From positions 26,660,001 to 26,724,000 of the forward strand of contig NC_043001.1 in NCBI RefSeq assembly GCF_006345805.1: a stretch of DNA of 64,000 nucleotides. The letters are read 5' to 3'. A model generated the notes under the pieces. That model was not told the origin of the DNA, ran no database searches, and saw only the letters and a list, made by a program, of their open reading frames with translations. Below, piece by piece: positions 37,741 through 51,296 of the stretch. This stretch comes from Octopus sinensis. Lineage: Eukaryota. A program made the translations under genes and the position numbers. The number at the start of each line of letters is the position of its first letter. Within the stretch, counting starts at the first letter, position 1.

Positions 37741-38096
37741 GTATGTATTTGTGTCTCTGTGTTTGTCCCCCCCCCCCATTGCTTGACAACTGATGTTGGT
37801 ATGTTTACATCCCTGTAACTTAGCGGCTCAGCAAAAGAGACCAATAGAATAAGTACCAGGCTTACAAAGAATAAGCATGGCCACAGTCACATGACTGAAA
37901 CAAGTAAAAGAAATAAAAGAAAATTCGATGTTATATGTTTGTTGCTAAAAAAGCAAAAATTGCACAGCATAAGATTTTGAGCTTATACTGATAGCTAAAA
38001 GATTAGTGGCAACATTGCTCTTTAGAATGTACTTTAACAATCCAGTTGGAGTCCTTATAAAATCAAAATAAGGAAAACAACAACAACAACAACAGA

Positions 38097-38962
38097 TATA
38101 TATCTCTTTACTCTTTACTCTTTTAGTTGTTTCAGTCATTTGACTGCGACCATGCTGGAGCACCGCCTTTAGTCGAGCAAATCGACCCCAGGACTTATTC
38201 TTTGTAAGCCTAGTACTTATTCTATTGGTCTCTTTTGCTGAACCGCTAAGTTACGGGGACGTAAACACACCAGCATCGGTTGTCAAGCAATGCTAGGGGG
38301 ACAAACACAGACACACAAACATACACGCATACACACATATATATATACATACATATATACAACGGGCTTCTTTCAGTTTCCGTCTACCAAATCCACTCAC
38401 AAGGCTTTGGTCAACCCAAGGCTATAGTAGAAGACACTTGCCCAAGGTGCCATGCAGTGGGACTGAACCCAGAACCATGTGGCTGGTAAGCAAGCTACGT
38501 ACCACACAGCCACTCCTACGCCTATATATATATATAGGCGCAGGAGTGGCTGTGTGGTAAGTAGCTTGCTAACCAACCTCATGGTTCCGGGTTCAGTCCC
38601 ACTGCGTGGCACCTTGGGCAAGTGTCTTCTGCTATAGCCCCAGGCCGACCAATGCCTTGTGAGTGGATTTGGTAGACGGAAACTGAAAGAAGCCCGTTGT
38701 ATATATGTATGTATATATATGTGTGTGTATGTGTGTATGTTTGTGTGTCTGTGTTTGTCCCCCTAGCATTGCTTGACAACCGATGCTGGTGTGTTTACGT
38801 CCCCGTAACTTAGCGGTTCAGCAAAAGAGACCAATAGAATAAGTACTAGGCTTACAAAGAATAAGTCCCGGGGTCGATTTGCTCGACTAAAGGCGATGCT
38901 CCAGCATGGCCGCAGTCAAATGACTGAAACAAGTAAAAGAGTAAAAGAGAGAATATATATAT
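38097..38962. mobile_element. Two SINE family B copies head-to-head, forming a spacer-less palindrome
   Basis: Centre CC(TA)7GG at 38521-38538. Heads have A-box-like TGGCTGTGTGG and B-box-like GGTTCAGTCCC. Confidence 0.9.
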
Positions 38963-39769
38963 TTTAATCAAAATTTATATAGAATGACAAAAAGTACAAA
39001 GAAAACAATAAACAATAAACAATAAACTGCATATGAAAAAGACAACAATTTAAAAACAGTAAACAAGTATATTGTTTATTGATATATGACATTACATCAT
39101 AATTTTTCTACAATAATAAGTAAAAAAATAAATAAAAGCTTTGTAAATGTTCTTAAGTAGCTTATCAATCTTCAAGTACCTTTATTTGTTCTTGTTGACT
39201 TTGTTTTCATATTTGTTAATAGTGTTTCTATGATTAAGAGTCTTGTGGTTTAATTCCACTTATATTGCTGATAATATTAAAAGTATTTTGTTGTATCTAA
39301 AGACATATGTCAGTAGACCAAATTTTCGTAGCACATACTTGTAAATATTTGTTTTTCTTCTGAGCTCATGAATGAAAGCCATTTTTAGAGCAAGCAGTAA
39401 GCTGATATTAACTACTAATGCATTGTTTCTCGTGGTAGTTTGTAAGGATGTGAAAGAGAGTAAATAAATTGCTATGTTTAGCCCTTTCAATATGGAAAGC
39501 AGTTATAACTACACAAAACTTTTTACTACTGTTAACTATAGAAAGTAGTCTTGCTCCACAACTTTTATAAAAAAACCCCTTATCATGCAGCAAGAAGTGG
39601 AGACGTCCCCAGTGACAGCTTCTACAAGACACCTTTTTTCAAATTTTCTTACACATTTCATCAACTATTTCCTTACTGAGCATGAATAGAATACTTTTAG
39701 TGGTAGATATGAAAACAGGAGAAACTGAAGAAGATACAGCAAATATTGGTTTCAAATTTTGGCACAAAG

Positions 39770-40570
39770 CCAGCAAGTTTAGGGGTGATGTTAAGTCAAG
39801 TACATCCCTAAGGATGAAAGGGAAAAAAAACCTTGGTGGAATTTGAACATAGAACATAAAGATGAATGAAATGCCACTAAACATTTAGCCAGGTGTGCTA
39901 ACAGTTCAGCCAGCTCACCACCTTAGATACAGCAAATGTTAATTCCACCTTTTAGTGGATAATTTACCCCTTATGGTCCATAGATGCCATATGGCAACTA
40001 AAAAAGTTATGTTCTGTAAAATATCACAAATTGCTTCCATTGTCCAATGGAATGTGTTATTGGAATCTTCTATGATGCTTCTCATTCTTGAGTATATCAA
40101 GATAACAGCTGTGAGCTTATATGGGCCTGGAAAGCTAGTGCAATCAACCTTGGTAGGTGAGCTGGCAGAATCGTTAGCACACCGGGTGAAATGCTTAGCG
40201 ATATTTCGTCTGCTGCAACGTTCTGAGTTCCAATTCCACCGAGGTCGACTTTGCCTTTCATCCTTTCGGGGTCGATTAAATACGTACCAGTTATGTACTA
40301 GGATTGATATAATCGACTTAATCCGTTTGTCTGTCTTTGTTTGTCCTCTCTGTGTGTAGCCCCCTTGTGGGTAGTAAAGAAATAGGTATTTCGTCTATTT
40401 CTACGTTCTGGGTTCAAATCCCGCCAAGGTTGACTTTACCTTTCATCCTTTTGGGATCGATTAAATAAGTGCCAGTTACGCACTGGAGTCAATATAATTG
40501 ACTTAATCTGTTTGTCTGTCCTTGTTTGTCCCTCTGTGTGTAGCCCCTTGTGGGCAGTAAAGAAATAAGA
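39770..40570. mobile_element. SINE family C: one minus copy followed by two tandem plus copies
   Basis: GAGCTGGCAGAATCGTTAGCAC...GAGTTC(C)AATTCC head at ~40160; reverse copy at 39770-39925. Confidence 0.75.
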
Positions 40571-41039
40571 ACCTTGGTATTTATGTCAACATAGAAAGTA
40601 AGTTTGACCGTTTACTATTGTTATTGTATGAAGTTTATGTTTCTTGATAAATTACTGTTATACAGGGCAAAGTCAGTACTTATGTATTAAATACTTCGCA
40701 AGCTGCACAACAAATATAATGAAAGTGATAGAAGAAGGTCTTTCTTTTAGTTGCCATATGGTAACCTTAAACTTCAAGAATTATGTTTTACTACAAAAAT
40801 AAGTCTAATGCCTGTTCATGTTACTGATCTTTTACATTTATATAAATATGTGGAATGTGTTGTAAGTTGCTTACAACGAGGCTTCTTACCCTGGGGGAGG
40901 CTGGGGTTGTTGTAATTCCCCACCTTACAACATTACCATTCAACTGTATTGTTTGAACACATTCGAACCCTAACCCTTGTCATTTATCAATCAAAGCTTG
41001 TTTTTGTGTCCTTTGTATCATTATATTTACATGTTATTT

Positions 41040-41950
41040 TTCTTTTCGTTTAGGAAAATGAAGCATCGACTTCAAAAAAGAGCTGTTACACAACAGAAGA
41101 GGTTCTTCAGTATATTCTCTCTGGTGATGAAGACTCAGAAATTGGTGAGTTGCCAGATTCAGGTGAAGATGACACACCTGAAATCACAGAGCGATTTCTA
41201 CTTGTGAGAATGATGACAAGTATGAGCAGAATATGATTGGTTAAGATGTAGAGGTTAGGAATTTTGACAACTGTTTGTTCTATTTCACAATCAGAATTGC
41301 AAATTGCTGGTTCTAGTACTGTAGACAATCCAGTCTCTAATAATCTTCTCAGTGGTTTCCATGTAACTCATCAACATCAATCAGCTCTTTCACTGGTCTC
41401 CACAAATGGTTCTTGCTCCATCGATAACACAGATAGATTCAAATTCAACTGAGATACCTGAATCTGAATCTTCTGAATTTTACAGGGATTCAGGTGTTGA
41501 GGATATGACCACAGAAAATTTGCTGAAAAACCATAAATTCTGTTGGCAGAATATGAAACCACCAAAATGGACAACAGAATTTTAAGGAGAGCCATTTTCT
41601 TTGCCACCAGATGATTTCGATGTGCTTTCACCATATGATCTGTTCTCCCAATTCTGGTCCAACAATATAACAGAGCTTGTAGAACAAACGAACTTACCAG
41701 GTCATGGTAATTAGGAACACATGAGAGCAGGAAATGTTGCTGCGCCATATATTGTATCCTGGTAAAAGTCATCATTTATATTTCCGTTCAGGTCTAAAGT
41801 TGCCATATGGCAACAAAAAATATTTTGATATCTGGATAACTGAAGTAAAAACCTTTTGCAGCATTCTGATATATTTGTCTAACAGATATTTTAGTACAAA
41901 GAAAAAATCTTTTCACCACCTCCTTCTAATGGTGGATTGTAAAGGGTTAG
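41040..41950 (+). mobile_element. piggyBac-like transposase N-terminal remnant
   Basis: Acidic ILSGDEDSEIGELPDSGEDD and SPYDLFSQFWS..ITELVEQTNL; ends near TAAAGGGTTA. Confidence 0.55.
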
Positions 41951-43135
41951 CATTGTAAAGGGTTAGCATCATTATAAGAATGACCATGAAATATAATTAA
42001 ACAGTCAAAGGATAACTAAATCTAAAAAGGTTTTAAACTTTTAAAACTTGTCTAAACCTTATAGTGAAGAAAGAGGAATTATAGGGATGCAAACATTGCT
42101 ATATTTTCTCATCAATAAAGGGGGAAGACAAAAATATTTTGTTAATATTTTTGGTGATGAGAATCTGGTATTTGTTAGTTCAATAACCATTGGTCTATAG
42201 GACTTAAAGTTTTAGTTATTAGGCTACCAAGCATTTGGGAAATCATTAATACCACAATACCACATACTTATCTAAAAGTGATAGAAACTTATCCAGACCT
42301 ATAGAATCATAATTTTCAGTTGTTAGGTCACTACCAAACATTTGAGAAAACAAATATTTCAACACCATTATAATAATATTTATTTAACATGCAATGAAGT
42401 TGATTGATGGATCTCAATGTTAATAGACATAATAAATTGTAGAAGTTGTAAAAGTTATTTTGCTGCAATACACTATGCTGTGGGGGATGGCCATGTTTGT
42501 CACAGATTTACTAAACTAATAAACTGGCATATCTTCACCATCTAAATATAAACTAACATTCATTCAGTTAGTAATTCCGTTGCATCAGACAGGGACTGCA
42601 TTTTCTTTTACCTGAAGAAGGATTGTATAAGTTTATTGTCCATGTGGTAAACTTACAAAATTCTTACATCCTCTCAATTTCCTGTAATTTGGACTACCTC
42701 ATGGTCCCAGCAGACAAAATGGAACAGGCATTTCCTTTGAGGATGGCAAGGAAGATAAGCTAGAACAGCCACTGTAACTCATAGGGCTCACACTTGCAGA
42801 TAACCATCTCTGCCCTGATAGTGGTGAGCAGGGTTATGGTCTGGGGGCCAAGAAAGCTGGAGGTCTCCACTGCCACAGGTTCAACCATAAACCTGTCAGA
42901 TAGTGACCAATACTTTGATATTTTTCCTTTCTCAGCCTGATGAACAGCAGATCCTGGGCTTGTATCTCAACACATCAAGCTACTGTTGGGGAAGTGTCAC
43001 AGCATGTGGCACTCCAGATGTGGGCCTGGGGTTAGGGTTATGGACTGAGAAAACTCACACCTTCAGGCCTTTGGCCATCCTCTTGGCTTGGCTCTATTGG
43101 CTAGAGCTGGGAAGGAGAACATCCTGTATATATAT

Positions 43136-43167
<32 letters not shown>

Positions 43168-43386
43168 ATTCATGTTACTTTCTGTGTATATTCCACTGAT
43201 GGGGCAAAGCATTTCTTAATGCAAATCCAGAAATCCAGGATCTGGAATTATCCAGTAATTTTTTGCTAGTTTTATTTTGTCTTTTTGTCTTCTCTCCTTG
43301 TGCTGTATGAACATTTAATATGGTTTTAGAGTCAGATTTTGGCTGCTATTTTCAGCATGGTGGTATCTCATAGACACCCTAAATAA

Positions 43387-43422
<36 letters not shown>

Positions 43423-43659
43423 CACACACACACACACAAAATGTTCATAAATTATCTTTACAACTTCCACAATTATTGTATCAATAAAGTTGAAATCTAT
43501 CAATCAACTTCTTTGCATGTTGAATAAATATTGTTAAAGTTTTAATCTATGTACTATGTAATCTATGTAATAGTTTTAATCTATGTACTTTGTTTTAATA
43601 TTTAAACTACTTTTGTTTGTGTTTAAAGGTGTTTATTATTATCCCTGACTTTTAATGAA

Positions 43660-44680
43660 ACTGACAACAAAAGAGAAAGCGCACGTGTATCCTGGCTCAT
43701 AGAGACTGTATCAGATACATCAGGTCCAGCAGTATTACTGTATAAAGTATGGAAAAGAATCACCAACTTGTCTGAACATCTGCACCTGGCATAAATAGTT
43801 TATGTAAGCAGGAAACATCCTACAGAAAACAAGGGCTGGGTCACTGAGAAAATCTGTGGAAGATATTGAGCAAATTTGAGCAGTATTCCATTGTAGTCCT
43901 ACTAAGTCCATTCTTACTTCAAGTAGACAGTTAAGCTTACCATGGTCAAAAATTCACAAAGTTTTGCACAAGAATTTGAAGCTTTATGCTTATAAAGTGC
44001 AAGTTTTGTAAGCACTTCAACCAAATAATAAACCTCAAAGGAAACACTTTGCAGTGGACATGCTAGCTCCGTTAGATGAAGAGGAAAGCTTCCTTTGAAA
44101 GAGTTGTTTCAGTTACGATGCAACACTTTCTTGACCAGGTATGATAAATAAGCACAACATCAGGATCCAGGGTTTGGAAAACCCACACAAAACAAGAAAA
44201 ATGGAGAGAAATAGCTCAAAAGTCAACATATGGTGCAACATCATGTTTGATCAAATGATTGGCCCATTTTGCTTTGCAGAAGAAAAAATTACTTTCTACT
44301 TTTATTTTGATCTTTTACGAGAATTTGTTCCATATGTAATTTGCAATAGGATGGTGTGTTGCCCCATTGGGGGTTGAATGTTTGAGAGTTTCTTAATGAA
44401 ACTTTTCCAAACCAATGGATTAGAAGAGGTGGTCCAGTACCCTAGCCACCTACAAGTAGGTCATGAAATATAACCCCTCTGGACATCTTGTGGGGATACG
44501 TTAGAGTCTATCATACAAATGTTCAAGACCTTAGTGATCACATAGGAAAAACTGTGTGAAACCATATCCAACATTGATGAGGGGAGGCTCCAATGCACTT
44601 GGTCAGAAACTGAGCATTGTCAAGATGTATTGCATGCAATGAAAGGAGACCATGTGGGAGTGTTCTGATGATTCTAGTAA
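43660..44680 (+). mobile_element. Tc1/mariner-like transposase remnant
   Basis: Frameshifted HNIRIQGLENP...SKVNIWC...IGPFCF; QWIRRGGP; TPLD..WGYV; MKGDHVGVF*. Confidence 0.8.
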
Positions 44681-45654
44681 AACTTTATTTCTTTGCAATA
44701 ATAAATCTCTGAACGAGGTATAGACAGTAACTGCACGACAATGTGAAGTATATTTGCCATCTAAATATGGCTAATCACTAAGGGTGGATGTTACTGTAGC
44801 TTGTAGCCCCAGGAGAACATCTTCTCCAGCTGGCTATTGACACACTTTCTGTGTTTCTTTGCCTATTTTTTCAATAAATTCTGCAGACTTATTCTTATTC
44901 TTCATTTAAACAAATTTTTTCAAATTGTAAAGGTAACTTTGTATCTACACACGAGCTGTTGGAGATTTCTTTTCTTTCTTTGAACTTTTCACCTTTTCCT
45001 TTCCGATGAAGAGCTATGCTTGAAACATCAAAAACTCTTTCCTTTTACTGAGCGTCAAACTAATACATTCACTGTGCATGTCCTCTTGTCTTTTATTGTT
45101 AATTTCATTATTCATTTATTTGAATTGATTGTTTATTTGAACTGACTACACACACACACACACACACACATAAAAGTCAACAGAGATGGTGAATGACAGA
45201 CAAAGTGACAGAAAGAAAAGACAAAAATTCAGTGCAACATAATGGTGATGGTGATGGCGGTGGTGGTGAACGTGTTGGGGTAATAAATAACTATTAGACA
45301 AACACAGTGCTGTAAAAGTCAACATTTGAGTTTTATAGATGCAGGGAAGTAGTGTTGGAGACATGTCTTATTTGTGCCATTAAAACATTGCTATCTAATA
45401 TGTCATAATTGTAAAACATTAATATAGTAATGGGGAATATAATTATATATTTACTTTTTAATGACTGTAGTTATCCTACCACAATGCAACTGTCAATACA
45501 TTTATATTTGTATGTAGATGAGTGTATGTGTGTGCATGTATGTGTGGGTGTACACACACACCACATGCACACACCACATGCACACATCACATGCACACAC
45601 ACACCACATGCACACACACTCACTCATGCATATATATTTGTATGTATGTATGTA

Positions 45655-46300
45655 TCATCATCATCATCATCATCATCATCGTTTGGCGTCTGCTTTCCAT
45701 GCTGGCATGGATTGGACGATTCAGCTGGGGTTTGGTAAGCCAGGAGGCTGCACCAGGCCCAGTCGTCTGATCTGGCAATGTTTCTACGGCTGGATGCCCC
45801 TACTAACGCCAACCACTCCATGAGTGTAGTGGGTGCTTTTTACATGCCAGACGAGGCTGGCAAACGGCCACGATCGGATGGTGCATTTTACGTGCCACCG
45901 GCACGGAGGCCAGTCGGGGCGGCGCTGGCAACGGCCACGTTCGGATGGTTCTCTTATGTGCCACCAGCACTGAGATATATATATGTATGCATGCACACCA
46001 TTATCATCATCATCATCATCAAAATCAGTTGTCCATGCTGGCATGGGTTGGACAGTTTGACCAGGGATGGCAAACTGAGGGGCTGCACCAGACTCCAGTC
46101 TGATTTGGCATGGTTTCTGCAGCTGGATCCCCTTCCTAACACCAACCACCCTGAGAGTGTAATGGGTGCTCTTACATGCCACTGGCACAGGTGCCAGTTG
46201 TACGACACCAGTATCTGCCACAACTATCATTTCCCTTGGCTTGATGGGGCTTATTCTCAAGTATGGCATATTGCTAAAGGACTCAATCATTTGTTATTGC
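45655..46300 (-). mobile_element. Two SINE family A copies
   Basis: (CAT)n tails at 45655 and 46000; internal modules match 19372-19760. Confidence 0.8.
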
Positions 46301-46314
46301 CTCTGTGAGGCCCA

Positions 46315-46345
<31 letters not shown>

Positions 46346-46464
46346 CGCGCGTGTATATATATATATATATATTATAATGGGGGAGGACGGTTTATGGGGT
46401 TACCCTGGGTTTCTTGCTCATAGGAGGTTTAGCCTTATGGCATATCTTCAGATCCCAAACTGGC

Positions 46465-46529
<65 letters not shown>

Positions 46530-46531
<2 letters not shown>

Positions 46532-47068
46532 CACGAGCAAAACGCCCCCACCCCCGTCCAATGGAATGTGCTGAGTTGTCAAACATTTAAACTAAATTTT
46601 CTCAAAACAACTTGTCCGACCGACTGATTTAACCTAAATTTGAGACACCAGCAAAAGAAGAAATAAAGATTTTTTTCTATTCCAAAGAAAAACGATTTTA
46701 TTCACACAAATATGCAACCGAAGAGTTTAAAGTACCAGTAATGATAAGGCTGTTGACTGGGTGAACACAAACATGGTGTAAACAAGTAAGCTTGGCAGGA
46801 AAGAAACGTGTCTTTAAGCAGTACAAAAACAACAAAAAATGGAAGGTGCAGTTATATACAGGTTGACTGAAGAAAGGCAGGACAAAAACGGCTTTATTGA
46901 TCGCATTCTCACCTGGAATCGATTTTTGTAATTTTTTCAAGACTTATATACACTCCCTGATACCATTGGTATCTACATATCAAATTTGAGCACAATCGGA
47001 TGGGGCATGCCCGATATCCGAGAAGGCACACACACAGACAGATGGAATGGATTTTATATAAGAGATAT

Positions 47069-47070
<2 letters not shown>
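46530..47070. mobile_element. Non-autonomous Helitron/Helentron (DINE-1-like) element
   Basis: CAAATTTGAGCACAATCGGA...(CA)n CAGACAG...TTTTATATAAGAGAT end, typical of such elements. Confidence 0.4.
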
Positions 47071-47100
<30 letters not shown>

Positions 47101-47790
47101 TATCATCATTATCATCATTCAACGTCCGTTGTCCACGCTGGCATGGGTTGGATGGTATGACTAGAGCTGGCAAGCTGGAAAGGTGTCCCAGACTCCAGTC
47201 TGATTTGGCATGGTTTCTACTGCTGGCTGCCCTTCCTAATGCCAACCACTCTGAGAGTGTAACGGGTGCTTTTATATGACACCAGCAGCGGTCATGACTA
47301 TGATTTCACTTGGCTTGGTGGGTCTTCTCAAGCACAGCATATCACCAAAGGTCTTCGTCACTAATCACTAGTCATGCTTCACCACCTCGTCCCATGTCTT
47401 CCTGGGTCTCCCCCTATCGCAAGTTCCCTTCACAGAGTTTGGTATTTTTTACACAGGTGTCCTTGTCAATATGCATCACATGACCATACCACTGCAGTTG
47501 TCTCGCTTGCACACCACATCTGATGTTTCTTATGCCCTAGTTTTCTCTCTGTCGCACATGCACACTGACATTGGATATCCAGCAAAGCAAACTGGTTTCA
47601 TTTCTTTAATGCCTACTCATGTCCTTGGTTGCCACGGCCCATATTTCACTGCCGTGTAGCATAGCTATTTGCACACAGGCATCATGCAATCTGCCTTTCA
47701 CTCTGAGAGAGAGGCCATTTATTGCCAGCAGAGATAGGAGCTCTCTGAACTTTGCTCAGCCTATTCCTATTCTCACAACTATGCATTCAG
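47068..47790 (-). mobile_element. RTE LINE 3' fragment
   Basis: C-terminal GRPRKTWDEVVKHD and a (GAT)n tail; homologous to 30118-30840. Confidence 0.8.
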
Positions 47791-49562
47791 AGTATCTATT
47801 CCTCCTTTTGCTTTGTTGCAACATGTAATAACTTCATGTTTCTTTTCAGCACATTTTGAATCAATTGAAGGCTGAGAGTACATTGTACTCATAAGTGTGA
47901 CGACATAATTTTCCTTGAGACAATAAGATAGGATCATAGAATCCTTTTGAAATCCAAATACTGTGCTGTTGATTTCTCTTTCTTTTCCATTTGTGAAAGC
48001 ACTTAGAAGTTCAACTCTGTTTTTTATAATTGTTCCAACTAAAGTGGTTTTCTTGCTAAGCAGCTTTCGAACCAATCCTAGACTTGTAAAAAAATTATCA
48101 CAACTTATATTGCGACCAGTATTTTTGAGTTCTTTTAGTAGGTTTTCAACAACTCTTGAACCTTGATTTGTCTCTCTCCCCTTTGTCTTTTCCAGTGTAG
48201 ATTTGCATTTTCTAGGCATAAGATATTTCACTGTCGCATATTGCCCAAATTTTAATTCCATATTTCCTTGATTTTGAAGAAATATATACCCAGAATGAGC
48301 AGTGCTCTCTGAATGAAACTAACTGTTCATCAACTGTCATGCATGAACTTGGAACATATCCATCTTGCAAATTCTGATTCCACATTTCAAATACTTCTCT
48401 TATGGGCTCCAATTTATCATCATTTCTCTTTTTTCTTCTTGCACTTGCAGCATCAAAATGCAATACTTGTAAAATCTGTTGAAATCTTTCCCGGCTCTAA
48501 TTTTGTTGAATATTGGGTGGCCATCTTCTTGACTCCATAACTGTGTAACATTTTCATATTTAGATTTATAAAACCTATAAGAATAATGAGTCCAATAAAT
48601 TTCTTATGTCAGAGCGATCAATTTCCTTCCTTTGTAAACAGGAAAGAAATTGTATTTTTCCATTTACGAATTACTTCAAGAATATTTTGGTGCATAAAGA
48701 TAGTAAAATACGTTTCAATGTTATTACAAGACCTTTTAGCAAAATGGTATGGTCCACATCCTTGGTGCACAATATTGCAAGACTAAGTTCTTACTCCTGC
48801 TTGAGTAAGAGGATTAGAATACCAAACATTTTGTTTATCTCCAGAAACATACTGCCCATTTATACTTGGATGGCTTGCAGATAATTGTTTTTGAGTATCT
48901 TCATCATCTGATGACACAGAATCTAAACTGTCCTGCACACAATCATTTACACCATCATCTTCAGAGCCATAGAAGGAATCACTACTATCTTCTTCCCATT
49001 CTTCTAATTCCAATAACCTCAAGTTTTCCCATCTAGGCATACTTGAAACTGAACTATATGAAACTTGATAGCATACTAAAGATAAATATTGTGCTCTTAC
49101 AATATCTGAAAGATATTGCAATATATTGTAAGAATTGTGTCATTACATAGAAATATTGCATCACCTTATAACCTAGCAAACTGAAGGTGATGGAATACCA
49201 CACAAATTTAAAGGAACATTTTCATAATTTTTCCTATTTTTTCTAAAATTCAACAAAGAGATTGAATACAATTTTATCTATTTTATATCTGATAAATATC
49301 TAGGAAAAAAATATTTGATACTGCTTTTATTCTGTTTAGAATGACAAGAGTATTGTCTGAATTTAATTTGAGGGTCCAGTGGACCCATACGGTAATTAAT
49401 GTGTGAAGTGAAATTTTCTAGCATATGGAAAATTTCCCATTTGACAAATAAAAGAGAGTCAAGAAAAAATAAGAGTCACAAGAAATCAGCAGAATCAAAT
49501 AATATAAAGAGTAGGAAAAAGCAACTGAAAAAAAAAACTGAAATGGACCCACTGACAGAAGG
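47790..49562 (-). mobile_element. piggyBac transposon remnant, 3'-truncated
   Basis: Catalytic-type motifs TVDEQL, SCDNFFTS and KGGIDTL; terminal TTAA|CCTTCTGTCAGTGGGTCC at 49566-49545. Confidence 0.85.
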
Positions 49563-49869
49563 TTAATATCTACAATTTTGTGTGAAAATTTTATCTTTCT
49601 TTTCTCCCTGACTACCCGAATATGTACACATACTTTTTATTGCAACAACACAATTTAATGCATGATAAAAAAAAAGAATTAAGGAGATAAGCACCTGCCA
49701 ATATATACAAGCCGCACAATTACAAAAACTCTAAAACATAGAAAAACTTATAAAAAGAAAAGAAAAATAAAAAAAATAAAAAATTAGAAATTAAAAAATT
49801 TAATAATGTGAACACCAGTATTTATATATTATTTTTTCTATCAGTAATTAAAAATAGAACAAGATGAAC

Positions 49870-51062
49870 AGGTTCTTTCAAGACCAAGGTCAGTGTGCTC
49901 ATTGATCGATAGTAGTAGTAAACACATTTGACCTCTGCTGACCCCAAGGGTGTGAGGCCCCTTTTGTCTCCTTATTGCATAGGAATGCCCACTGCTGATC
50001 TCCTCGCCATCTGCGGAATGTATTTACAGACCTGTAGAATTTGGTCTATTCACCAAACTGTTTCTCTTCCTCATACTCTCAAGACAGTTACAATACCAGT
50101 GATTGAGGGAGCACTTGAAATGACCAGTAAAGGAACTAAAAATTAGTTGCAAATGACCCTTGGATTCATGCAGGGAGTGCAAAAGGTTCTATTAAGTGTC
50201 AACTGCAAACGTAAACAGACTGTATATGAAAAGAAAGAATGGTGGCAAAGGACTGATTAGTATAGACCATTGTATAAGGAGTGAAAGGAGTATGCTTGCC
50301 GAGTATTTGATAAATAAGGACAAAGATCTGCTGCAATATACTGGGGCCCATATCATTATTGATATTTTAAAATGCAATAGGTAGAATGATGAAGATAATG
50401 CTAATCACTGTGGTTGTGGAGGCGAGACAATGTGAGCACGTTATTTATATATATATATGTGTATGTACATACATGTGCATACACATATATGAATATGTGT
50501 ATATACAAATAAAGAGAGGAAGAGAGAGATGGGATCTCAGTAACAACTCTCATGGGAACCCCACAAGTGATTCATGAAATCATGATGCAACATATCATGA
50601 AAACTCCAGAAGCTGTCACCAAAAATGAGAATTGCAAAATCCTGTTGGATACAATGATCCAATGTGATCACCCAACCAGACATTGGAAACTGGACATTGT
50701 TGTGGTGAATAAAAAAGAAAGAACATGTATGATAATCGGCATAACGTACCCTGGTGAAAACAGGATCAATGTGAATGAAGACAAAATAAACAACTACAAC
50801 AATTTGAAGTGGGAAATATGAAGGTTGTGGTCAATGAAGAGAGTAGACATGATACCAATAGTAATTGGTGTACAGTGCACTTGGAAGTATCAGCGCTCAA
50901 CTACCAACATGGCTGAAAAAGATTGGTGCAAGTGTGAAGGTAGAGCACCTGCAAAAATCAGCATTGCTTGGAACTGACCAGTAAACAAGTGTCACCCTAG
51001 TCTGCAGTTTGTGGACAATTGACACTTTCCATCATACCCAGCAAAATAAGCCGTGAGTTTTC
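49870..51062 (+). mobile_element. R4/Dong-like non-LTR element, 3' fragments (restriction-like endonuclease)
   Basis: NRLYMKRKNGGKGL; KLDIVVVNKKERTCMII...YNNLKWEI..LWSMKRVDMIPIVIG. A second 3'-end remnant (TIPVIEGAL) lies at ~50090. Confidence 0.8.
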
Positions 51063-51065
51063 ATA

Positions 51066-51091
51066 TAATAATAATAATAATAATAATAACA

Positions 51092-51149
<58 letters not shown>

Positions 51150-51181
51150 TAACAGTAATAATAATAATAATAATAATTATG

Positions 51182-51224
<43 letters not shown>

Positions 51225-51246
51225 CAATAATAATAACAGTAATAAC

Positions 51247-51293
<47 letters not shown>
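51066..51293. repeat. (AAT)n microsatellite, ~230 bp
   Basis: Direct reading; interrupted by AACAGT three times. Confidence 0.98.
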
Positions 51294-51295
<2 letters not shown>

Positions 51296-51296
<1 letters not shown>

